Source: an uncultured Acidobacteriota bacterium
GTDB lineage: Bacteria > Acidobacteriota > Vicinamibacteria > Vicinamibacterales > 2-12-FULL-66-21
Assembly: GCA_963710415.1 (NCBI GenBank)
Contig: CAVQAH010000024.1
Location: 150,234-214,233 of the forward strand
DNA length: 64,000 nt
Reading direction: 5' to 3'
Positions 32,902 to 41,489 of the stretch are shown here, in pieces. How positions within the stretch are numbered: the stretch's first letter is position 1; every line of letters starts with the position of its first letter. A program made the translations under genes and the position numbers. The notes beneath the pieces were generated by a model. It made no database searches. It had not been told where the DNA came from and was given only the letters and a program-made list of their open reading frames with translations.

Positions 32902-33996
32902 TCAGCGAGCCAGGTTCAGGTTTCGAGGCGTGACCTCGAAGCTCACGGTGTAGTCGGGCACCGAGCGCTCCGCGCCGGCTTGAACGGCCGGGATTTGCCC
33001 AGAGCGTCTGATCGGTGCCCCGCAACGCGGCACTGGCAACCTGGATGCGCAGGGTCACGCGCACTTTGCGCACGCGAAGCAGGTCCGGGTCGAACTGGTT
33101 CGACCCGCCGCCGCAGAAGGGGCCGTCGGTCAACATCGCCGGGGTCAGTGCAGCCAGCGACCCGTCGACTGTCGGCAGGACGCCAGGACCGATGTAGTTG
33201 CCCGAGGCGTCGTAGAGGCAGTTCGCCTCGCCCGCCGCCGGCTTTGGCTTCAAGTGGCGGATTCGGATCGCCGAAATAGCTCAATTGCAGATCGACGACG
33301 TTGTCGACGAGTGGCCGTTCGGCGCTGCCGCCGTCGTATTGCATCAGCTGATTGGTCGTCCGATTCAGGTAGATCGTGCTGCTGACCGCCTGCGTGACGG
33401 AGGCATTTTTTTGATACTCGTGGCTGAGAGTCCTGACCTCGATGCTGAAGGTGAGCCGCGCGTCCTGCACTTGGGTGATCTCGAACGTGTCGAAGTGGCC
33501 ACTCGAGTCGAAGATGATCACGACCATCCCCTCCTCGAAGCCGCACAGCTCATCCCCATGGGGACAATTCGGCTGGTCGTTCACCTTCAGCTCGGCCGAG
33601 AGCGCAGGCATCGGATGGCTGAGCGTCGTCTGCGAATAGGTATTCGGAATGTAGGTCAGCGTGATCGCGTCAGGCCGAAAGACGGTTGGGGGATCCGGAT
33701 TGACGCGCCCAATCCGTCGCGGAAGAACCGGCGCGAAAAAGTTGATGAGCGAACCAGTGACCGGGCCCTTGATACGTGCCGGCACCGGCCATGACCAGCT
33801 CCTTGAACAAGGTGTCGGTCCCCACGCGCATCCGCTGCTGCAGGTCCGAGACCTCGGGCGTCGCCTGGGACATGCCTTGGGCCGGGTTCATGAGCCCGAA
33901 GATCGCACCCGTCACGACGAGCATGACGGCCGACGCCACCAACAGCTCGATCAGTGAGTAGCCGGCCTCCGGCTGACGATGCGCACGGGTCGTCAT
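32902..33996 (-). CDS. pilW: PilW-like minor pilin, set B, at least three frame breaks
   Basis: ORF 33670..33996 has 'EAGYSLIELLVASAVMLVVTGAIFG'. The middle is in ORF 32943..33785. 'DGPFCGGGSNQFDPDLLRVRKVRVTLRIQ' is in ORF 32882..33253. The true C-terminus 'VPDYTVSFEVTPRNLNLAR*' is in a further frame, with its stop at about 32902. Confidence 0.6.
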
Positions 33997-34595
33997 TGTG
34001 CCTTCCTCGTCTTCATCGTGATGAGCAGCGCGTCACCAGCCATTCGCGTGCGTGTCCAGGCCGTCGCGACACGCGTGTTCTCGTTGGCCACCGGCGTGAC
34101 CAGCACCTGGATGACGAGCGAGTTGTTGGGATTGGTGGGCAGGGGCAGAATCGACCAGCGCCTGATGTAGACCGCGCTGGCTGGCGGCGTGGTGCCCGTC
34201 CCGACCCATGCCCCCTGCGCATCGAGGTAGTCCACGAATCCCGACGTGTTCTGCTCGAGCGAATTGTCCGGCGACGGGTTCAGCCCGGACCCGTTCGCCT
34301 GCGGCGGATACACCGCCAGGTTCGACGTCGTATCGCTGACCGGCAGACCGAGACCGTCGGGGTCGAATCCCCACGTCAGCGATCGGATCTGCTCCATCTT
34401 CTGTTCCGCCAGCGTCGTCGCCGACGTCCGGCCCTTGGCAGTCACATTCGCGCGGGTCGACATCGCGAAGAGCTGCGCGACGCCCAGCGACACGACCGAC
34501 AGCAGCCCGATGGCGATGACCACCTCGATCAGGCTGAAGCCATCGCCGTTCCCGGCCGCGCGACTACTGAGCGAGGACGACTTTGCCTGCACCAT
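33993..34595 (-). CDS. pilV: PilV-like minor pilin, set B
   Basis: ORF 33993..34595 (200 aa), intact. Contains 'GDGFSLIEVVIAIGLLSVVSLGVAQLFAMS'. Confidence 0.7.
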   Translation of the reverse strand: MVQAKSSSLSSRAAGNGDGFSLIEVVIAIGLLSVVSLGVAQLFAMSTRANVTAKGRTSATTLAEQKMEQIRSLTWGFDPDGLGLPVSDTTSNLAVYPPQANGSGLNPSPDNSLEQNTSGFVDYLDAQGAWVGTGTTPPASAVYIRRWSILPLPTNPNNSLVIQVLVTPVANENTRVATAWTRTRMAGDALLITMKTRKAQ

Positions 34596-35119
34596 TGACC
34601 GTCACCGTTTTCGACTTGCCCCTTGCGGGTGACCGTGATCGTCACGGTCGTGGCGATGTTCTGAGCTACGTTGGATACAACCTGCGCCGCGGTGCCGTCC
34701 GGCCGGAACTCGAGCACTTCACTGGTCACCGTGGTACCGTCCGACACGATACGCACCGGGCCGTCGAAATTCGGCCGCGTCATGATGTCCTGGTCCGGCG
34801 CGGGGAACGGGTAGTTGGAAGGCACGCACCGGTTGGTGGCCTGATCCGTCGCGTTGCCCAGCACTTCGACGGTCCGGAAGTAACCGGTCGCCGGGCAGTT
34901 GATCCGGACACGCAGCAGGCGGTTGACCGTGACCGCCTTGAGGCGCGCGCTCTGAAGCTCACGCTCGACCTCGCGCGCCGCCGCGGCCAGCTTGCTGCTT
35001 TCCCCGAGGTCACTGAGGATCGGCAGCGCGAAGGCCATCATGGTGGCCGCCACGGCGATGACCATCACCAGTTCCGTCAGGGAGTACCCGCGCTCGGATC
35101 GACTTGCAGAAAACGTCAC
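34565..35119 (-). CDS. FimT/GspH-like minor pilin, one frame break near the 3' end
   Basis: ORF 34529..35119 has 'SERGYSLTELVMVIAVAATMMAFALPIL...AAREVERELQSARLKAV'. A better C-terminus 'KTVTVNGAGKVVLAQ*' lies in another frame, with a break near 34615 and the stop at about 34565. Confidence 0.65.
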
Positions 35120-35131
35120 GCACCCTGTTGA

Positions 35132-35146
35132 GCAATGCCGCTGCCA
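35132..35146 (-). promoter_or_regulatory. Candidate sigma54 promoter abutting the fimT-like start codon
   Basis: The minus strand reads 'TGGCAGcggcaTTGCtcaacagggtgcGTG'. It shares 'TTGCTCAAC' with the pilA promoter, and the GTG start lies 12 nt after the -12 C. Confidence 0.5.
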
Positions 35147-35272
35147 CTGCCGGGCTCCCAGTTGGCACGATGACCCTAAATTACTGTCCGGATTTCTCTT
35201 ATCTGGCGGGGTTCAGAAACGGATCACACTACTGTCTGGTAGGCCCTGTGCCGTTCTGCGACGCGCGGTTAC

Positions 35273-35300
35273 AAATGGGAAATGGGTTGGCGGAAATGGG
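35273..35300. repeat. Heptamer array AAATGGG (3 of 4 units)
   Basis: 'AAATGGG AAATGGG TTGGCGG AAATGGG', about 130-170 nt upstream of the candidate sigma54 promoter. Confidence 0.7.
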
Positions 35301-35329
35301 CGAAGACGTGAAGTTGTCCGAAGGGACGA

Positions 35330-36589
35330 TCACCCCGGGAGAGGGAGCGTCACGGTCAGCCTGGCCCCGCCACCCTCGGCATTGGCGGCCGCCACGCGTC
35401 CGTTGTGCGTCACGATGATCTTCTGGACGAGCGCGAGGCCGAGTCCCGTGCCGCGCGCTTTCGTGGTGAAGAAAGGCCTGAACATGCGTGCCTGCATGGC
35501 CTCCTGGATTCCCGCGCCGTTGTCGGTCACTGTCACGCGGAGCACCGGATGGCCAGGCTCGCGGCTGCCTTCGATGACGATTCTTGGCGTCACATTCGCT
35601 TCGAGGCACGCCTCCAGGGCGTTGCGACAGAGGTTGCTGAAGGCCTGCCGCAGCAGCACCTCGTCACCATCGACGTGGCCAAACTCGCCGAGAATGTCGA
35701 TTGTCCCTCCCCTGGATCTGACGTCGCCGCGCACGTCGTCGGCGGCACGCTCGACCACTGCCGACATGTCCACGGGGGTCAGCACCAACTCGGTGGGCTT
35801 GGCGAAGTTCAGGAAGTTGGTGACCACCTGACCGAGCGCCTCGGTCTCGTCGCGGATGCCGACCACGCACGCTCTGAAATCGTCGGGCAGACGATCGAGA
35901 TCCAGCAGCCGGCTATAGCCATGAATCGTCGCCAGACCATTGCGGAATTCGTGCGCGATGCCGGCGGTCAGCTCACCGAGCCGCGCCAGGCTGTCTTTCA
36001 GCCGCAATTGCTCCTCGAGCTCGACGACGTCGCTCAGGTCCGTGAACAGGCAGATGGCGCCGTGCGCCGCATCGTCGCCGGCGATGGGCGAGACGGTGAC
36101 GCCGAGGTGTGACGTCGTACCGTTGGCTTTCTTCATCTGCACCGCGCGGCGTACGATGGCGCGGCGGCTCGTCAGACATTCGTCCAGGACGTCGGCCAAC
36201 GCGCTGCTGTCCGTCAACATTTCACGAAAATGTCCGAGCGGCGCGTCCGTGGGCAGATGCAGTATCGATCGGCCGGCGGGGTTCAACGTGCGCACGGCGC
36301 CCTCGGCGCCGACCACCAGCAGGCCTGACGTCATGCTCGCGATGATTTCGCTGCTCAGGCGTTCTGATGCCTCGGCGCGCGCCGCCATCGCACGCTCCTC
36401 GATCCGGAGCTTGCGCACGGCTTCCTCCATGGCTGATGCCATGAAGGCCGTTTCCGCACCTTCGACACGACCTGATTGCGTAGCGGCGCGGGCGGCGGTA
36501 AAGAACTTCGCTGCCGCGAAGGCGAGCAACCCCACCAGCGCCGCGACGACGGCCGTCAAACCGAGGAAGAGGTAGGCTGACTGAGTCAT
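35330..36589 (-). CDS. Membrane sensor histidine kinase (TM + PAS-like + HisKA + HATPase_c, NtrB/AtoS-like)
   Basis: ORF 35330..36589 (419 aa), intact. The H-box is 'LGELTAGIAHEFRNGLATIHGYSRLL'. 'VTDNGAGI' and 'GTGLGLALVQKIIVTHNG' are present. Confidence 0.85.
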   Translation of the reverse strand: MTQSAYLFLGLTAVVAALVGLLAFAAAKFFTAARAATQSGRVEGAETAFMASAMEEAVRKLRIEERAMAARAEASERLSSEIIASMTSGLLVVGAEGAVRTLNPAGRSILHLPTDAPLGHFREMLTDSSALADVLDECLTSRRAIVRRAVQMKKANGTTSHLGVTVSPIAGDDAAHGAICLFTDLSDVVELEEQLRLKDSLARLGELTAGIAHEFRNGLATIHGYSRLLDLDRLPDDFRACVVGIRDETEALGQVVTNFLNFAKPTELVLTPVDMSAVVERAADDVRGDVRSRGGTIDILGEFGHVDGDEVLLRQAFSNLCRNALEACLEANVTPRIVIEGSREPGHPVLRVTVTDNGAGIQEAMQARMFRPFFTTKARGTGLGLALVQKIIVTHNGRVAAANAEGGGARLTVTLPLPG

Positions 36590-36595
36590 CTATTG

Positions 36596-36687
36596 GTGCT
36601 CGCGGGGCCCCAGCCCCGCTCGCTCTCGCTCGGCGGCCGGCCTGCGGCCGGCTTCACTCCGTCGCCTCGCTCGGAGCCGCAGGCGCT
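36596..36687. repeat. ~90-nt GC-rich dispersed intergenic element, copy 2
   Basis: Aligns to 2713..2803. The central hairpin here is GCCGGCC-TGC-GGCCGGC, a different sequence with the same structure. It is followed by 'CGAGCAC', the inverse of its 5' 'GTGCTCG'. Confidence 0.8.
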
Positions 36688-36723
36688 TGCTGGCTGCACG
36701 AGCACGATCATGCGACTCATCAA

Positions 36724-37500
36724 TCAGATCCTATAGAGCCCCACATACCACGCGACGATCTGATCGCCGAACAACGACGCGATGAGGGCGCCCAGCGCGA
36801 GGAAGGTACCGTAGGGGAGCGCGTATTTCAAACCGCCCTTCCTGATCGCCAGAACCAGCAGGCCGATCAGCGCGCCTGCGATCGACGAGAACACCAGCGT
36901 GACGATGGCCAGCTTCCAGCCGAGGAAGGCGCCAATCATCGCCAACATCTTCACGTCGCCGCCGCCCATGCCTTCCTGGCCGGAAAAGCGGTAGTACACC
37001 TCGCCGATGGCCCAGAGACTGCCGCCGCCAATCAAGGCTCCGAGTGCGGCCGCGATGATCCCGGGCGGCAGCAACAAGCTGAAGGCCAATCCGATGGCGA
37101 TCCCGGGGAGCGTGATGGCATTCGGCAGCAGATGATGCTCCAGGTCGATGGCGAAGAGCACGATCAGCATGCAGGCAAAGAACAGCCGCGGGACAAGCAG
37201 GATGTCCGGCCCGATGATCAGATAGTGCGCCAGGAATACGACCATCGTCACGACCTCGATGATCGGATACCGGATCGAGATTGGCGCGCGGCACGAGCGG
37301 CATCGGCCGCGCAGGAGCAGGTAGCTGATCACCGGAATGTTGTCGTACCAGCGCAGGGCGTAGCCGCACCCGGGGCACCGGGAACCGGGGCTGACGACCG
37401 ACTTGTGTTCTGGTAAGCGGTGGATGCAGACGTTGAGGAAACTGCCGACAGCGAGACCGAACAGGGCCAGCACTGTCACCACGAAAGTGTCGGACATCAT
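36724..37500 (-). CDS. pilD: Prepilin peptidase / N-methyltransferase (A24 family)
   Basis: ORF 36724..37500 (258 aa), intact. Contains 'FLNVCIHRLPEHKSVVSPGSRCPGCGYALRWYDNIPVISYLLLRGRCRSCRAPISIRYPIIE' and 'GGGDVKMLAMIGAFLG'. Confidence 0.9.
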   Translation of the reverse strand: MMSDTFVVTVLALFGLAVGSFLNVCIHRLPEHKSVVSPGSRCPGCGYALRWYDNIPVISYLLLRGRCRSCRAPISIRYPIIEVVTMVVFLAHYLIIGPDILLVPRLFFACMLIVLFAIDLEHHLLPNAITLPGIAIGLAFSLLLPPGIIAAALGALIGGGSLWAIGEVYYRFSGQEGMGGGDVKMLAMIGAFLGWKLAIVTLVFSSIAGALIGLLVLAIRKGGLKYALPYGTFLALGALIASLFGDQIVAWYVGLYRI

Positions 37501-38396
37501 GAAGGAGGACGGACCGGATTCTCAGGCATCGGTTGCAGCTCTGACGACGCCGACACGCTGACCTTCCCCGTCGTCGGGTCGATCACGTAGGGCGTGCGGG
37601 TGGAATCCACGGGAACTCCTGGCAGCGCGCGCTGCGAGATCAACCAGCGCCACGAGTACTGCCCGCCCGCCGGCGGTGGGTTGTTCCGCGCGACCCGCTC
37701 CAGCTCGTCGATCACGTCGAGCGCGTCGAGTTGCTGAAGACGGCGAGTGGCGAGCCGGCGCAGCCAGTCCTGATCCGACGCAAGAATCTGACGCCACACC
37801 AGTCGCGCCGACGCGCGATCACCACCGGCGTTGAGCATCACCGCCGCAATCGGCTCCAGCCAGTTGGGCGCACCCGGCTGATCTGCCGCGCGCTGGAACC
37901 ACGTCGCGGCGGCCTTGTAGTCCTTCAAGTGCCAGTAATGCACGAAGGCGACGTCATGGTAGTACTGCCACTTGGTCGGCTGGGCCTTCAGGCCCTTTTG
38001 CAGAAGCGCTTGGGCCTGGTCGGGACGTCCTGGTCCGCCGGGAACCGGCTCGCTGAGAAAGATGGCGCCGAACCGGTAGGCAATCGTGAAGTACGGATCG
38101 AGCGTGGTCGCCAGATCGAGCAGCGGATAGAGCAGATCGTAGTTGCGCGGTCGTGTCTTGATGAGCCGCTCGCCGCCGTAGACCTGAAGCGCTCGGATCC
38201 AGTACACGTCGGACGCCAGCGCATCGAACTCCATCGCCATCCGATCCATGGCCGCGCCGGACTGCACATAAAGGACGCGGCTGGTATCGGCTATCTGACG
38301 AGGGAACTGCCGGTCGCGGAAGACCTGAACGGCGACCGCGGCGGCAAAGACGACGACGGCGGCCACGGCCACGATTGGGTTGCCGGGCCGGCTCAC
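37497..38396 (-). CDS. Membrane-anchored TPR-like protein of unknown function (positional analog of Myxococcus PilG)
   Basis: This is the 3' part of ORF 37497..38789. The likely GTG start overlaps the upstream stop (GTGA). An N-terminal TM segment 'PIVAVAAVVVFAAAVAV' is followed by helical repeats. Confidence 0.5.
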   Translation of the reverse strand: MSRPGNPIVAVAAVVVFAAAVAVQVFRDRQFPRQIADTSRVLYVQSGAAMDRMAMEFDALASDVYWIRALQVYGGERLIKTRPRNYDLLYPLLDLATTLDPYFTIAYRFGAIFLSEPVPGGPGRPDQAQALLQKGLKAQPTKWQYYHDVAFVHYWHLKDYKAAATWFQRAADQPGAPNWLEPIAAVMLNAGGDRASARLVWRQILASDQDWLRRLATRRLQQLDALDVIDELERVARNNPPPAGGQYSWRWLISQRALPGVPVDSTRTPYVIDPTTGKVSVSASSELQPMPENPVRPPS

Positions 38397-39199
38397 TTGA
38401 AATCCCTTCTCGAGAAGATGAACATCGCCAGGAGGAGCACGGCGGTCACGTAGAGCACGCCGTACACCGCCGTCGATGCGAGATACGCGGGAGCCACCGG
38501 CAGGCCATGGACGACCTCGGTCTTGACGTCGAAGGCCGAGAGATCGGGCAGCAAATAGTAGATGCCGCGGGCCAGCCAGATCGCGGGCTTCGATTCGACA
38601 ATCCGATCGAAGTTCTTCAAATCGGTGTTGAAGTGGCCGGCGATGTAGATGCCGAAGGTCAGGGCCGCGGAGAGCAAAGGCGTTGAGAAGGTGGAGAAGA
38701 ACACCGCGACCGCGGTGACGATCGCCAGCTGCATGAAGATCAGGAAGATGGCCTTGAGCAGCGCGGGATCGATGCCCGGTGCGTCCCAACCGGCTTTGAA
38801 CTCGGCCGACTCGGTCACCGTCATGTAGGTCAGCACCAGGTAGAGCGCCGCGGTCATCACGGCGACGTTGACGGCCAGCGTGAGCACGAGGCCGAAGTAC
38901 TTGCCGATGACGAACTGCGTGCGGCTGATGGGCTTCGCGAGGATGGCGTAGATGCTCCGCCGCTCCACCTCTTTCGACACCAGACCGATGCCGATGAAAA
39001 TCGCGATGAACAATCCGAACACGGACGTCGCGGCAAGCCCGAGATCCTTGATGATCTTGACGTCCTGCCCCGCCGTCAGCTGGCCCAGCAGGTAGCTGGA
39101 CGAGATCAGGAGCACCGCGAAGAGCACGAGGTTGTAGGGCACGCGATCGCGGACCGACTCCCGGAACACGTTGATCGCGATCCCGCTAATGGTCCGCAC
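38393..39199 (-). CDS. ABC-2 family transporter permease
   Basis: ORF 38393..39391 has 'VFRESVRDRVPYNLVLFAVLLISSSYLLGQ...VSKEVERRSIYAILAKPISRTQFVIGKYFG'. The likely GTG start is near 39199, overlapping the end of the ATPase gene. Confidence 0.75.
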   Translation of the reverse strand: MRTISGIAINVFRESVRDRVPYNLVLFAVLLISSSYLLGQLTAGQDVKIIKDLGLAATSVFGLFIAIFIGIGLVSKEVERRSIYAILAKPISRTQFVIGKYFGLVLTLAVNVAVMTAALYLVLTYMTVTESAEFKAGWDAPGIDPALLKAIFLIFMQLAIVTAVAVFFSTFSTPLLSAALTFGIYIAGHFNTDLKNFDRIVESKPAIWLARGIYYLLPDLSAFDVKTEVVHGLPVAPAYLASTAVYGVLYVTAVLLLAMFIFSRRDFK

Positions 39200-40169
39200 G
39201 GACGGTCTCTCCTGACTGCGGGGCGCGCGCCCCGGCCCCCATCTCCTGGACCCGGCGGACGAAGAAGTCCTCGAGCGTGTCACGAACGGGATTGATCGAC
39301 ACAAGGCGTGCGCCGGTCGCGACGAGATCCGCCAGCAGCCTTTCCGGCGGGTAGGCAGCGGGCACTTCGAGCGCGTACCGGCCCGGCGCAATCTCCGTCG
39401 AGCGACGGGTGACCGCGCTGATCCGCGCGTGCACGTCCGCCTTCAACCCATCGACGACAATCTCCCAGCCGCGAATGTCGAACGCGAGGATCTCCGTCAG
39501 ACGCCCGGCTGCTGCCAACCGCCCGCCCGCCACGACGGCGACACGGCTGCACAGCGCTTCGGCATCGGACAGGATGTGCGAGCTGAAGAACACCGTACGA
39601 CCCTGATCGCGAAGCTCGAGGATCAACGTACGAATGTCCCGCCGGCCGAGAGGATCCAGGCCCGACATCGGCTCGTCGAGAAAAATCACCTCGGGATCGT
39701 TGATGAGGGCCTGCGCCACGCCGACGCGCTGCACCATGCCTTTTGAGAACTTGCGCAGCTGCAACCGGCGCTCCGCCCCGATGCCGACGCGATCCAGCAG
39801 CGCCGATACCCGCGTTTTCTGATCGGCACGACTGAAGCCAAAGAGTTGCGCGAAGTAGGTGAGCAGCTCCTCCGCCGTGAGGTAGTCGTAAAAGTAGGGA
39901 TTCTCCGGCAGGTAACCGATGCGCTTGCGGACCGAAACGTCGCCAACAGGCTTGCCGAGAATGTCGGCACGGCCGGCGCTGGGAAAAATCAGCTGCATCA
40001 GCAGCTTCAGCGTCGTCGTCTTCCCGGCGCCGTTGGGGCCAAGGAAACCGAACACTTCCCCCGGTTCAACCTGAAGAGACAGGCGATCCAGCGCACGGTA
40101 CGGCCGCTTCCGCCAGAAACCGACCGCGTAGTCCTTTGTCAGCTCCTCGATCTGAATCGCTGGAGGCAT
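39186..40169 (-). CDS. ABC transporter ATP-binding protein
   Basis: ORF 39186..40367, from the Met at 40169. Contains 'MPPAIQIEELTKDY...FGFLGPNGAGKTTTLKLLM', 'FSKGMVQRVGVAQAL' and 'VIFLDEPMSGLDP'. Confidence 0.85.
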   Translation of the reverse strand: MPPAIQIEELTKDYAVGFWRKRPYRALDRLSLQVEPGEVFGFLGPNGAGKTTTLKLLMQLIFPSAGRADILGKPVGDVSVRKRIGYLPENPYFYDYLTAEELLTYFAQLFGFSRADQKTRVSALLDRVGIGAERRLQLRKFSKGMVQRVGVAQALINDPEVIFLDEPMSGLDPLGRRDIRTLILELRDQGRTVFFSSHILSDAEALCSRVAVVAGGRLAAAGRLTEILAFDIRGWEIVVDGLKADVHARISAVTRRSTEIAPGRYALEVPAAYPPERLLADLVATGARLVSINPVRDTLEDFFVRRVQEMGAGARAPQSGETVRADH

Positions 40170-40173
40170 GCAG

Positions 40174-41377
40174 TTACTTGGCTCTCTTGAGCTCCAGATC
40201 GATGATGGCGTCAAGGTATTGCGGCTGCACCGCCTGCGGCAGCTTGCGTCCGGCGATGAAGAAGGTCGGCGTTGAGTGGACGTCGAGCAGCTTGCCCAGG
40301 CCTGCGTCCGTCTTGACCTCTTCGAGCGCGCGCGCATATTGCGCATCGAAATCCTGGATTCCGGCAACGTCGTGCGCCGCCTGCTTGACCTGCTCGGGCG
40401 TGAGCGCCGGCGGACCGAAGTTGGCGAAGATCCAGTCTTCCATCTTCTTCGACGTCCCTTTCGCTCTGGCCATCACCACCGCTGCGGCCGCCTCGCACGA
40501 CGCGTAATGGTTGCCCCCGGGAACGTTGACGTTGCACTCGGGCTCCAGCGGGTAATGCTTGACGACGTAACGGACCTGCCCGGCAGCCTCGTACTTGCTC
40601 AGCACGCCCTTGTACAAATCGTGGGTGATCTTGCAAGCGGGGCACTGATAGTCGTTGAACTTCACCACCAGCACCTTGGCCCCGTTGTCGGGGATCGGCA
40701 CGTCGACCTTGGGCTGCATGTCCCACCACTCGGCAAGCTTCGCCCGCTCGGCATCGGTGACAGGCGGGAGCTGGACCTCCTGGGTCTGCGCAGCCGGCTT
40801 GCGCGAGACCCTCGCGAGGGAACGCGGCGACAACGCCGACGGCCGCCGCCGCGAAGAGCACGGCCGTCAGCAACGCCACCGGCGTGGCAACCATCGTCCG
40901 CACATCGCGGAGCGCACGAGAAGGCAGCTTGGTCATGGGTAACGCAGTCGCTCCACCGGAGATCACGAAAATCGCGACCACCGATACGTAGGTGATCGCA
41001 CACAGAACGCAGAAGACTTTCAGAACGAAGTACGAGGCCCAACCGAGATACAGCACGAACGCAAGCGCCACCGTCGAGAGCGCGAAGATGTACGCAGGGG
41101 CGCTGTCGTGGGCCGCTGACGACGGACGGCGTGTCATCGCGCTCATGACGAGCACGAACGCGAAGTACAGGAGTCCGAGCGGCGCGACTGGAACCCCCAG
41201 AAAGCTACCGTACGGGCTCAGATACGCTTCCGTACAGCTCACTGTCGAACTGACGTCGCAGAAGCTCGTGTACGCGGGATCGGTGAGCAGGCGATAGTGG
41301 ACGTAGGTTGACGTCGCCGCAGCCCCGAGACCCAGGGCCGAGAACGCCAACAACAGCCGGCGCATCGAGGGTTTCAT
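40174..41377 (-). CDS. VKOR (vitamin K epoxide reductase-like) fused to a DsbA-like thioredoxin domain, one frame break
   Basis: ORF 40211..41377 carries the N-terminal multi-TM VKOR with 'SFCDVSSTVSCTEAYLSPYG' and 'FCVLCAITY'. ORF 40174..40833 carries DsbA-like 'VLVVKFNDYQCPACKITH...LDVHSTPTFFIAGRKL'. The break is near 40810. Confidence 0.8.
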
Positions 41378-41489
41378 GTTGTTGATGTGGAATCACGCAG
41401 AGTCCGGCTTCAGCCGGACATCTACTTTGTACCGCGTATCCGTCTGACCGTCAAGGTGTTAGGGGCGTCGCCGCCCGGTTCGAGCGGCG

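Noticed and set aside
38375-39391. An apparent 1-nt discrepancy between my manual indexing of the printed sequence and the ORF-track coordinates in this stretch.
   Set aside because: I could not reproduce it reliably by hand-counting, and it is most likely my own counting error. Track coordinates were used for the features here.
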